The position numbers and the translations under genes were made by a program. Shown piece by piece: positions 46,828 through 56,123 of a stretch of 64,000 nucleotides of DNA. Under the pieces are notes generated by a model. The model was not told the DNA's origin. It ran no database searches and saw nothing but the letters and a program-made list of their open reading frames with translations. Numbering within the stretch: the stretch's first letter is position 1; every line of letters begins with the position of its first letter. The DNA comes from Candidatus Aminicenantes bacterium (GTDB lineage: Bacteria > Acidobacteriota > Aminicenantia > Aminicenantales > JAFGBC01), in contig OY969696.1 in assembly GCA_963702005.1 (NCBI GenBank), positions 3,712,001 through 3,776,000 of the forward strand. Direction: 5' to 3'.

Positions 46828-47295
46828 ATGAAAACAAAGGACGAACGGTTAGATAATGCACGGCCGGCGCCGGGACGGAAGTCGAGCCGGAGGGCGTTCT
46901 GCCGGACCGCCTCGTTGGCGGCTTTGGGCGCCTGGTCGATCGCAGATCTCAAAGGATTCGATACCCGGGCCGTGCGGATCGATTCGGCGCCCGGAGCCAG
47001 ATCCGGCCGGAAGGAGGAGAACGTGGACAAAAAGGTCAAGGCCGTCACGGCCAAGGTCATCAGCGTCAAGGGGGAATGCGGAATCCACAAGATAGGCGAC
47101 GCCTGCACCTTCACGACCGAGGGCGTCCAGGGCCGGATCTGCATTCACGCCATGTACAGCATGCTGCCCAAGGTCTTCGCCATGATGTACGGCGCGAAGT
47201 TCCCCTGGCTCCAGAATCCGGACGTCGCCACCCACGCCTGCCCGGATGGCGCCAATCCGGTCATTTTCGAAATCACCCGGATCTATGAGGGCTGA
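46828..47295 (+). CDS. TIGR04076-like Cys-containing protein with Tat-like leader
   Basis: 'KVISVKGECGIHKIGD...ICIHA...FPW...ACPD...VIFEI'; alternative GTG start at 47023 behind AAGGAGG. Confidence 0.7.
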   Translation: MKTKDERLDNARPAPGRKSSRRAFCRTASLAALGAWSIADLKGFDTRAVRIDSAPGARSGRKEENVDKKVKAVTAKVISVKGECGIHKIGDACTFTTEGVQGRICIHAMYSMLPKVFAMMYGAKFPWLQNPDVATHACPDGANPVIFEITRIYEG

Positions 47296-47353
47296 GACTC
47301 CCCCCGCCGCGGTCGCGATCTGAGAAAAGATCGTCCAGAATCGTGTCTGTCCG

Positions 47354-50300
47354 TCATCTCAAGTCTGTGACCAGGGCGCCCTGGCCGGCCGCCGCCATCG
47401 TCCGGTTGAAGGCCGGAATGACCTCCTTCAGCAGCTTATCGTACTCCCCGTGCGCCTCGGCCAGCCGGCCCTTGAGAATCTCATAGACTTCGAGCTGCTG
47501 GGAGGTTGGGCCGAAGTCCTCGGTGTTGCGGATATCGCCCGCGCCCGTTCCGATCTCGCCCGAGAACCAGAGGAGCTTCGAGTAGAGCATCATCTCCGCG
47601 CGGTAGGACTTGGGGTCCGAGGCATGGAGCTGGCGCTGGAGGAGCTTGTCCTCCACGGCCATGAGCTTCGCCTGCGTCTCGGCCAGGGCGGCCCGCAGCG
47701 CCGCGCCGTCCTTGGAGCGCTCCAGGGTCTCGGCCAGGTCTTCCATCTGCTTCCCGATCCACTCGAGCCGGTTGATCATGCCCACGACCTCGTTGATATC
47801 CTGGACGACAGCCGCCCAGAGCCGGACCATGTCCTTGATGTCCTCGACCGTGCCGCGCGAGTTCGGGTCCTTGCGGACTTCGAGCGTCTGCGCCGATTCC
47901 TTCCCGTCCACGACGAGCTTGACCGTGTAGGTCCCCGGCGCCGCCAGCACGCCGGCCTGCGGCGGCTGGGTCCCCCAGTGAAGGACGGGCCTTGTCTGGC
48001 GTCCCCGAAACCGCTTTTCTTCCCAGACATGCGTGTGGAAAGACGGCGTCGTTCGCAGCTCGATCTGGCGGAGCGGCTCATGACGCAAATTCCAGATGAT
48101 CCGGTTCAGACCCTTGTTAGCCGTCCCGCGCAGCGTCCGGACCTTGGCCCCGTTCTCGTCGTAAATCTCGATCGCTAAGCCGCCCGCCGGGACGGACTTG
48201 AGGTAGTAGTTGATGACTGCTCCGTAGGGCGCCGGTTCGGGCCGGGTCTGGTCGTTGGGCGGTTGGTCGACATTCTGGCGCTCCTTGAACCGGTAGGCCG
48301 CCCGGGGCTTGAGGAGCACCGCCTCCGGCCCCAATCCCGGCGTGCCGGGCGACAGATCGCGGAGCGGCGTGATGTCGTCCATGATCCAGCAGCCGCGGCC
48401 GTTCGTCCCGACGACGAGGTCGTTGAAGTGCTCCTGGATCGCGATCCAGGTGATGCAGGCCTGGGGGAGGTTGGACTGGAAGGGGTGCCACGACGCGCCG
48501 TCGTCGAACGAAACGTATATCCCATTGGCCGTCCCGGCGAACAGAAGCCCTTTGCGGACCGGGTCCTCCTTGACGGCGCTCGTGTAGCTCAGGACCGAGC
48601 GCGGGATGCCGGCGTCGATCCGCGTCCAGGACTTGCCGTAGTCGGCCGTCTTGAAGAGATAAGGGTCGCGGATATTTTCTTGATGGCCGTCCACAGCGAT
48701 GTAGCAACGGCCCGCCTCGAAACGGGAGGGGTCGATCATGCTGACCGTGCCCCAAGCGGGCATCGCGGCCGGAGTCACGTTCTTCCAGGTCTTGCCGCCG
48801 TCGCGGGTGATGTGGACGAGGCCATCGTTCGAGCCCGCCCAGACCACCCCCGCTTCGAGCGGCGACTCGGCGATCGCGAACAGCGTACAGCCGTACTCGA
48901 CGCCCAGGTTGTCCTTGCTCAATCCGCCCGACGACCCGAGCTTCGACCCGTCGTTGGCCGTCAGGTCGGGGCTGATGACCGACCAGCTCTGACCGCCGTC
49001 GCTGGTCATGTGGACGTACTGGCTTCCGATATAGACCTTGTTGTGGTCGTGGGGCGAGATCGCGATCGGGTGCGTCCAGTTCCAGCGGTACTTGAGGACG
49101 CCGGCCGGAGAGTCAAGCGACTTTTCCGGCCAGGGATTGACGCTCCGGACCAGGCCGTTCCGCCCGTTGAAGATCTCGACCGTCCCCGAGTAGCAGGATC
49201 CCCAGACGACGTCGGGGTCGGCGGGATCGGGGTAGGAGAAGCCGGACTCGCAGCCGCCCATCGAGATCCAGACCGGGTCGAAGGCGCCGTAGTCCGGATA
49301 GGACGGGCCGCGCTTGGAGGTCGAGTCCTGCATATTGCTGTAGACGAGGTAGGGCACGCGGTTGTCGACGGCGACGTGGTACATCTGGCCGATGGGGAGG
49401 ATGACGCGGCGCCACTGCCGGCCCCTGGTGACGGTCAGGCTGATCCCGCCGTCGTGGCCGATCATCATCCGCTCTGCGTCGCCGGGGTCGGCCCACATGT
49501 CGTGGCAGTCGCCGCCGCCGCTGAAGTTCTCGATCGAGTCCCCGCCGTCGTAGGTCACGTACATCGTGTTGCAGGGAAAGTAGACCGTGTTCTCGTCGTC
49601 GGAGGCGACGCACATCCGGGTGTAGTAGTGGGGCCGCTCGTTGATGCGGCGCTCGTGGGAAACGACGCGCCAGCGCTCGCCGCCGTCGTCCGAGCGCCAG
49701 AGTGACCCCCGGTCGCCCGTTTCGATCAGGGCGTAGATGCGGTTGGGGTTCGTGGGCGCTACGGCGATGTCGACCTTGCCGACCTCGAACTCGGGAAGGC
49801 CGCGGCCCTTGATCCGGGTCCATGTGTCGCCGCCGTCGCGCGAGACGAAGACGCCGCCGCCCGGCCCGCCGCTGAACTTACCCCAGGTGTGGATGACGAC
49901 GGACCACATCCCGGCGAACAGGACGCGCGGGTTGCGGGGGTCCATGGCCAGGCCTGAGCAGCCGGTGTTCTCATCCGCGAACAGGACCTGCTCCCAGGTC
50001 TTGCCGCCGTCGCGCGTCCGGAAGACGCCGCGCTCCTTCTGGGGGCCGTAGCAATGGCCGAGGGCGGCGGCGAAGACGATGTTCGGGTCGCGGGGATGGA
50101 CAACGATGCGGCCGATCCTCCCGCTCTTCTCGAGCCCCATTTTCGCCCAGGTCTTGCCCGCGTCCATGGACTTGTAGATCCCGTCGCCGATCAGGACGTT
50201 GGAGCGGATGAAAGCCTCCCCCGTCCCGACCCAGACCTGGCTGAAGTCGGAGGGTGCGATGGCCAGCGCGCCGATGGACTGGGAGGTCTGCTCATCGAAG

Positions 50301-50599
50301 ATTGGCTCCCAGTTGGTGCCGCCGTCGACGGACTTCCAGACGCCGCCGGCGCAGGCGCCAGCATAGTAAATATTAGGATTCGAGGGGACGCCGACGACGG
50401 CCGAGACGCGGTTCCCCTGGGGGCCGACATGGCGCCAGGTCAGGGCGGTCAGATCGTCGGGGATTGTACCCGGACGGACGACCTTGGCCTTCCTCGGCTC
50501 TCGGAACTCGAATTGCCCGGCGGCCGGGACGCTTCGGAGGGCGATAAAAATCAGTATCCCGACAGCGGATGCCGCGACCACGAACTTACGCTTAAGCAT
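47354..50599 (-). CDS. VPS10/BNR (Asp-box) repeat secreted glycosyl hydrolase-like protein
   Basis: Many SxDGGxTW Asp-boxes; signal peptide; start placed at MLKRKF. Confidence 0.88.
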   Translation of the reverse strand: MLKRKFVVAASAVGILIFIALRSVPAAGQFEFREPRKAKVVRPGTIPDDLTALTWRHVGPQGNRVSAVVGVPSNPNIYYAGACAGGVWKSVDGGTNWEPIFDEQTSQSIGALAIAPSDFSQVWVGTGEAFIRSNVLIGDGIYKSMDAGKTWAKMGLEKSGRIGRIVVHPRDPNIVFAAALGHCYGPQKERGVFRTRDGGKTWEQVLFADENTGCSGLAMDPRNPRVLFAGMWSVVIHTWGKFSGGPGGGVFVSRDGGDTWTRIKGRGLPEFEVGKVDIAVAPTNPNRIYALIETGDRGSLWRSDDGGERWRVVSHERRINERPHYYTRMCVASDDENTVYFPCNTMYVTYDGGDSIENFSGGGDCHDMWADPGDAERMMIGHDGGISLTVTRGRQWRRVILPIGQMYHVAVDNRVPYLVYSNMQDSTSKRGPSYPDYGAFDPVWISMGGCESGFSYPDPADPDVVWGSCYSGTVEIFNGRNGLVRSVNPWPEKSLDSPAGVLKYRWNWTHPIAISPHDHNKVYIGSQYVHMTSDGGQSWSVISPDLTANDGSKLGSSGGLSKDNLGVEYGCTLFAIAESPLEAGVVWAGSNDGLVHITRDGGKTWKNVTPAAMPAWGTVSMIDPSRFEAGRCYIAVDGHQENIRDPYLFKTADYGKSWTRIDAGIPRSVLSYTSAVKEDPVRKGLLFAGTANGIYVSFDDGASWHPFQSNLPQACITWIAIQEHFNDLVVGTNGRGCWIMDDITPLRDLSPGTPGLGPEAVLLKPRAAYRFKERQNVDQPPNDQTRPEPAPYGAVINYYLKSVPAGGLAIEIYDENGAKVRTLRGTANKGLNRIIWNLRHEPLRQIELRTTPSFHTHVWEEKRFRGRQTRPVLHWGTQPPQAGVLAAPGTYTVKLVVDGKESAQTLEVRKDPNSRGTVEDIKDMVRLWAAVVQDINEVVGMINRLEWIGKQMEDLAETLERSKDGAALRAALAETQAKLMAVEDKLLQRQLHASDPKSYRAEMMLYSKLLWFSGEIGTGAGDIRNTEDFGPTSQQLEVYEILKGRLAEAHGEYDKLLKEVIPAFNRTMAAAGQGALVTDLR

Positions 50600-50610
50600 G
50601 TTTCCTCCAG

Positions 50611-50677
50611 AATTCTGGGGACACATCACTTATCTCGCTCGAAATTGTAATTAAGTCGTGTGTCCCCAGAATTATTT
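50611..50677. repeat. REP-like palindrome, same family as 44720-44773
   Basis: AATTCTGGGGACACA...; right arm AATTAAGTCGTGTGTCCCCAGAATTATTT identical over 29 bp to 44749-44777. Confidence 0.85.
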
Positions 50678-53400
50678 CATCGAATTTCGGAGGGGAAGGG
50701 GCCGAAGGTCCAGCCTTGGCGGCCCTTGATGACGGCTTTTTTGCTGAGCGTCTTTCCGCCCGCCTCGACCGTCACCACATACTCCCCGGGCGGGACCATC
50801 GCCGGCTCCTCGAAGAACCGGCGCGCTGGTTTGCCCGGCTCCTTGGGCTGCATGTCCCAGAGCGCCGTGTTGAGGCCCGCCTCGCCCGGCCCCTCGATCT
50901 CGGCCACGACCTTGCCGTAGGGATCGGCTATCTTGAGCTTGAGCGGAGCGACCGCCTTCGTCTTGAGCCAATAATTAACGACGACGGCGTTGGGCTCGTT
51001 GGGCGTGATTAGGTGACTGTCGCCCAGAAGCTGATAATTCCCGATGACCGTGTACACCCGCTCCATCCGAGGCTCGATGTCGAAGAGATAGGCGTCCTCC
51101 GCCGCGATCCCGTCATTCCATTCCTGTAGGACGGTGATGTCGGTTACCCAGACGCCGCGGCCGTAGCTGGCCACGACGAGGTCGTTCTCGCGCGGATGAA
51201 TGAGGAGGTCCGTGATCTTGACCCAGGGCATGTTGGCCTTGAAGGGCATCCAGTTCTTGCCGCCGTCGAGCGAGAGATAGAGGCCCCACTCGGTCCCGGC
51301 GAACAACAGGCTTGCGTTTTTCCGGTCCTGGATGACGACGTTAACGGGCTTGCCGTCTGGCAGGTTCCCCATGATCTGCGTCCAGGTCTCCCCGTAATCC
51401 GACGTCTTGTAGAGGCAGGGCTTGTATTCGTCCAAGCGCCAGCCGGTCTTGGATACGAAGCACGTCCCGGCGTCGTGGGGCGAGGGGAAGACGCGGGTCA
51501 CCCAATAGTTGGCGGGCGCGCCGGCCGCGGCCAGCTTGGCCGTCCGGTCGAGCCAGGCCGCCCCGCCGTTCATCGTCACCTGGACCTTGCCGTCGTCCGA
51601 ACCCGTCCAGATGACGCCCGGCTTGACGGGCGACTCGGCCAGCGTCGTCAACGTGCAGAACGAAATGAACCCTTCACCGTGCTGCTTGGTATCGTCGTTC
51701 GTGGTCAGGTCGGGGCTGATCTCCTGCCAATGGTCGCCCCGGTCGAGCGAGCGGAAAAGGACCTGGGCGCCGGTGTAGACGATGGCCGGGTTGTGGGGCG
51801 AGAGGGCGATCGGCGGAGTCCAATTGAAACGGAGCGGCTTCTCCCCCGCCGGCCGCTGCGGCATGATCCCGGTCTGGACGCCCAGCTTCTGGTCGAGCCG
51901 CCACATCGCGCCCATCTCCCGGTTATTGTAGACCCAGCGCGAGTCGGACGGGTCGATGCGGTTGTACATGCCGTCGCCGCCTCCGACCGTGACCCAGTCG
52001 GCGGCCGAAATTTCGCCCGCCCAGCCGTTCGAGGGTCCTTTCCAGGAGTCGTGATCCTGGAGCCCGCCGTAGATGTTGTAAGGATCTTCCATATCCACGC
52101 CGACGGCGTAGAACTCGGTCAGCGGAATGTTGTACCAGTGGTGGCAGGTCTTGCCCCGGTCATAGGAGACATAGGCGCCGCCGTCGCTCCCAAAAATGAG
52201 GCGGTCCCGGTCCTGGGAGTCGATCCACATCGTCCGCCAGTCGCCGAAAGCCTTCTCGAAGACCCCGTTCGACGGCCAGCTCAGTCCCTGCCAGGTCTTG
52301 CCGCCGTCCGCGGTCGAGGCCATGGATTGCCCGGTGATGTAAACGGTATCGGGATCGAACTGGTCCAGGCGAAGCATGTTGAACGAGTAAGGCGCCTTGT
52401 TGAGGGCCCCCTCGGAGCCGGCGTTGATCTTGCGCCAGGACGCCCCGCCGTCATCGCTGCGGTAGACTTCGTTGCCGACCGTGCGCTTGGGGGGCGTTCC
52501 GCCGCGCCGCTTGTCCTGCTCGGTTTCCTGGGCCGTAGCCGGCCGCGGATTGCCGTTTTCGACGACGGCGCACAGGATCGAGGGATTTTTCTGGAAGACG
52601 TCGAGCCCGATCCGTCCGATCCGGCCGGTCGGGAGGCCGCCGCCGAGTTTCGTCCAGGTCGCGCCGGCGTCCACGGTCTTGTAGATCGCGCTCCCGGGCC
52701 CGCCCAGCTCGTAATGCCAGGGCAGGCGGAGCTTGTCGTACATGGCCGCGTAGAGGATGTCGGGCGTAGAGCGGACGAGCATGATGTCGACGGCTCCGAC
52801 CTTGTCGCTGACATAAAGAATCTTAGCCCAGGTTTTGCCGCCGTCGGTCGTCTTGAAGACTCCGCGCTCGGCGTTGGGCGAGAACAGATGCCCCATGGCC
52901 GCGACATAGACGATGTCGGGGTTCGCGGGGTGGATCATGATCCGCGCGATGTGATGGGAGTCAACCAGTCCCATGTTAGTCCAGGTTTTTCCCGCGTCGC
53001 TGGATTTCCAGATCCCGTCCCCGGAGTTCGAGGAGCGGGCGCAGTGGGCCTCGCCCGTCCCGACCCAAACGATGTTCGCGTCGGAGGGCGCGACGGCCAC
53101 GTCGCCGATCGAAAGCTTGGGTTGGGCGTCGAAGACGGGCGCGAAGGTGACGCCGTTGTTGGTCGTCTTCCAGACGCCGCCGTTCCGGGTCCCGACGTAG
53201 ATGGTGTAGAGATGGTCCCGCTGCGGAACCTCGGGGACGGCGATCGCCGTCACCCACGAGCCCGCGCGAAACGGACCAAGGTTGCGGAAGCTGAAGCCCT
53301 TAAGCAGGCTTTCATCGAGCTTGGCCTGCGCCGCGGCGAAGACCGAGGCGATTAAGACGAAGACGACCAGGGCGTAAAGAATTCGAAGGCTTCGATTCAT
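50677..53400 (-). CDS. VPS10/BNR (Asp-box) repeat secreted glycosyl hydrolase-like protein
   Basis: Asp-box repeats; signal peptide; AGGAGG SD; paralogue of the downstream gene. Confidence 0.88.
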   Translation of the reverse strand: MNRSLRILYALVVFVLIASVFAAAQAKLDESLLKGFSFRNLGPFRAGSWVTAIAVPEVPQRDHLYTIYVGTRNGGVWKTTNNGVTFAPVFDAQPKLSIGDVAVAPSDANIVWVGTGEAHCARSSNSGDGIWKSSDAGKTWTNMGLVDSHHIARIMIHPANPDIVYVAAMGHLFSPNAERGVFKTTDGGKTWAKILYVSDKVGAVDIMLVRSTPDILYAAMYDKLRLPWHYELGGPGSAIYKTVDAGATWTKLGGGLPTGRIGRIGLDVFQKNPSILCAVVENGNPRPATAQETEQDKRRGGTPPKRTVGNEVYRSDDGGASWRKINAGSEGALNKAPYSFNMLRLDQFDPDTVYITGQSMASTADGGKTWQGLSWPSNGVFEKAFGDWRTMWIDSQDRDRLIFGSDGGAYVSYDRGKTCHHWYNIPLTEFYAVGVDMEDPYNIYGGLQDHDSWKGPSNGWAGEISAADWVTVGGGDGMYNRIDPSDSRWVYNNREMGAMWRLDQKLGVQTGIMPQRPAGEKPLRFNWTPPIALSPHNPAIVYTGAQVLFRSLDRGDHWQEISPDLTTNDDTKQHGEGFISFCTLTTLAESPVKPGVIWTGSDDGKVQVTMNGGAAWLDRTAKLAAAGAPANYWVTRVFPSPHDAGTCFVSKTGWRLDEYKPCLYKTSDYGETWTQIMGNLPDGKPVNVVIQDRKNASLLFAGTEWGLYLSLDGGKNWMPFKANMPWVKITDLLIHPRENDLVVASYGRGVWVTDITVLQEWNDGIAAEDAYLFDIEPRMERVYTVIGNYQLLGDSHLITPNEPNAVVVNYWLKTKAVAPLKLKIADPYGKVVAEIEGPGEAGLNTALWDMQPKEPGKPARRFFEEPAMVPPGEYVVTVEAGGKTLSKKAVIKGRQGWTFGPFPSEIR

Positions 53401-53737
53401 TTCGATTCCTCCTTATGAAATGGAAACGACAAATGTATGCAATGGGAACGCGCCGCGCGATCTGCGGACGCAAAAAGGATCGTAGCCGAAGAGAAGATCG
53501 GAATAAAGAACGCCGGCGAGAAGAGAGTTACCGTCCATAAGCCGGCTCATGAATTGAAGATAGTGATATATCACATATCACCTCTTCGAATCAATGCCTG
53601 ACAAAATTAATTAATAGTAACGCCATTCTTTTGCCCGCTATATCAAAGCCGATCGTAGATGAAGAGGCGGAGAAATTCGGTAAATAGATGTCTGTCACCA
53701 ATTATTCGCCAATTATTCTAAAGGAATATTCGTACGG

Positions 53738-53968
53738 TCAATGGGGACGGAACTCCTCGCCGATGCCGTCCACGAACAGCTCGACCCGGCCGCAGCGCGG
53801 GCAGACATAAATATCGAAGTGCTCGCGGTGGGTGAACAGCTCGCCCAGATCGCCCAACCAAAATCCCCAGCCGCGGCTCCCTTCGTGGAATTTCTTGGTC
53901 CCGACATACTTGAGTTCCTGGTCGCAACGCGGGCAGATCATCGGATGCTGAGCCTGTTTTTCGGCCAT
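53738..53968 (-). CDS. small Zn-ribbon protein
   Basis: CPRC...CPRCG pairs; AAGGAG SD. Confidence 0.75.
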   Translation of the reverse strand: MAEKQAQHPMICPRCDQELKYVGTKKFHEGSRGWGFWLGDLGELFTHREHFDIYVCPRCGRVELFVDGIGEEFRPH

Positions 53969-54068
53969 TTTCGTTTCTCCTTCCCTGATTCGTAATACGG
54001 AGACCGCGCGCGTCGGTTATGGGCTTGATCCTTCGCAAGAGGACGCATTCTTTTATATAATAACTTTT

Positions 54069-55940
54069 ATGAGCGCTTTGAAGGCGACAGGCACAAGGGC
54101 ATTCAGGGAAGCCTTCGCCGCTGCGCTCGCCGTGATTCTCCTCGGGACCGTCCCGAACCCGTCGCACCGCGCCAGCGACCCCTTCCGCCTCCCGCTTGCG
54201 CCAGCTTCGACCATCATCGAGGACTTCGAATCCGGGGACGCGGCCTCCCGCTGGAAGTTCTCCAACGGGCCCGAATTTCCGGGCGCTAAAGGCTCCTTCC
54301 GGATCCTGGCCGGGAAAGGGAGGAAGGGATCGAAAGGCGGCGTCCTGTCCTTCGATTTCCGCGGGGGGGGCAACTACGTCGCGGCCGTCCGCTCATTCTC
54401 GCCCGCGCTCGGCCATAAGGGCGTCCGTTTCCAGGTCGCGGGCTGGGTCCCGGGGACGCGCATAGTCGCCCGGCTGACCGACGAGACGGGCCAGACTTTC
54501 CAGAAGGGACTTCCCATCAGCAACGAAACGGTCCAAGGCTGGCTGACCTATACGGTCATGGCCGGCGAGTATGAAGTTTATTGGGGCGGGGCCGAGGACG
54601 GCGTTTTCCACGGCGGCATCGCGGCCCTGGCGCTCCTCGTCGACAAGGACCTCAATTACTATAAGACCGGCTCAATCGCCTTCGACGACGTCGAGGGGGT
54701 CGTCTCGGCCCGGACGGTCACAGACCCGTTCGGCACGGACGCCCTTCCCGCTTTCAGCAAGGGCAAGCTTGAGGACCGCCTCGGCGTCAACATCCACGAC
54801 TGGGGCGGCTGGGCCTTCCTCGACAAGGCCCGGGAGGCCGGCTTCGGGTTCGTCCGGATGGACATGATCTGGTGCTTCCGGGAGCCGACGCGCGGCGTCT
54901 ATGACTTCGACTGGCACGACGCCCTCCTCCGCGAGCTGGCGGCCCGGGGGATGCGGGCTTATCTCATTCTCGACTATGGGAACCTCCTCTACTACGACGG
55001 CCCGGGCGCCTACGACGACCACTGGGGCCTCGCGACGCCGGCCTATCGCTCCGCCTTCGCCCGTTTCGCCGCGGCCGCCGCGCGCCGTTTCAACGGCAAG
55101 AACGTCACCTTCGAGGTCTGGAACGAGCCGAATATCCCGAACTTCTGGAGGCCTCAGCCCAACGCGAAGAACTACAACCTCCTGGCGAGGGCGGCCTTGA
55201 ACGCGGTCCGCGGCGCCGCGCCCGACATCCCTGTCGTCGTCGGGGCGACGAGCGGGGTTGATGTCGCCTTCATCGATAAGGTCCTTTCCAACGGCGGGCT
55301 CAATAACGTCGACGCCGTCAGCATCCACCCCTACCGCGGAGCCGCACCTGAAACCTTTTACCGGGAATCGGCGATCGTCGAGAGAGTGGTAGCCGAGCGG
55401 ACGAAGCGGGGGGACATCCCGCTCTACAACGCGGAATGGGGATACACCTCGACGTCCTTCGGCGGACGGACCCCGGCCGCTTACAAGCGGCAGGCCCTCT
55501 ACTGCATCAGGCTCATCCTCGCCAACCTGCTGCGCCGCGTCCCCAGGACCGTCTGGTACGACCTCGTCGACGACGGCGACGATCCCAAGAACGTTGAGCA
55601 CAACTTCGGCTTGCTGAAACGGCGCTCCCTGGCGCCCAAGCCCGCCTACGAAGCGGTCAAGGCCTTCCGCGACCTGTGGCCTTCGGGCGCCCCGGCGCTC
55701 GGGACCTTCGACACACGGCGGGCCGACGTCTACGGACTCTTGGTGTCGGGCGGCCCATTGAAGCTGGCCGCCGTCTGGACGGACCGTCCGGATACGGTTC
55801 TTTCGATCGAGGTCCCCGAACGGACGGGCCAGAAATTTTTCGATATGTACGGGAAGCCCATGACACCGCCCCGGTCGGGCCGCAACCGGATCCTGAAGCT
55901 CCGCGAACAGGACGGCCCGATCTACATCAAGCTCAATTAA
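54069..55940 (+). CDS. clan-A glycoside hydrolase (GH5/GH39-like) with N-terminal carbohydrate-binding-like domain
   Basis: EVWNEPN acid/base, SIHPY, YNAEWG nucleophile, NFGLL. Confidence 0.82.
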   Translation: MSALKATGTRAFREAFAAALAVILLGTVPNPSHRASDPFRLPLAPASTIIEDFESGDAASRWKFSNGPEFPGAKGSFRILAGKGRKGSKGGVLSFDFRGGGNYVAAVRSFSPALGHKGVRFQVAGWVPGTRIVARLTDETGQTFQKGLPISNETVQGWLTYTVMAGEYEVYWGGAEDGVFHGGIAALALLVDKDLNYYKTGSIAFDDVEGVVSARTVTDPFGTDALPAFSKGKLEDRLGVNIHDWGGWAFLDKAREAGFGFVRMDMIWCFREPTRGVYDFDWHDALLRELAARGMRAYLILDYGNLLYYDGPGAYDDHWGLATPAYRSAFARFAAAAARRFNGKNVTFEVWNEPNIPNFWRPQPNAKNYNLLARAALNAVRGAAPDIPVVVGATSGVDVAFIDKVLSNGGLNNVDAVSIHPYRGAAPETFYRESAIVERVVAERTKRGDIPLYNAEWGYTSTSFGGRTPAAYKRQALYCIRLILANLLRRVPRTVWYDLVDDGDDPKNVEHNFGLLKRRSLAPKPAYEAVKAFRDLWPSGAPALGTFDTRRADVYGLLVSGGPLKLAAVWTDRPDTVLSIEVPERTGQKFFDMYGKPMTPPRSGRNRILKLREQDGPIYIKLN

Positions 55941-56123
55941 ACTGCCTGCAGCCCGAGGGCGGCGCGGAGGAGTCCGCGCTCGCGGCAGATGTTGACAGGG
56001 CTGCCCGTCCGGCGCTAAAGTAACGGCAGGGTGAGGAGGGAAGAGGCAACGCCGGGGGGCGAATTTATCGCGTTCCGGAAAAAGCCATATCCTATGATGA
56101 AAAACTCTTTATAGGGGTCCATC

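Noticed and set aside
51196-53355. 719-aa plus-strand ORF and similar long antisense ORFs (6140-7432, 30919-32025, 35562-36512, 48263-49705, 60264-61937)
   Set aside because: They mirror well-supported opposite-strand genes, have no motifs, and are expected shadows of high-GC3 coding DNA.
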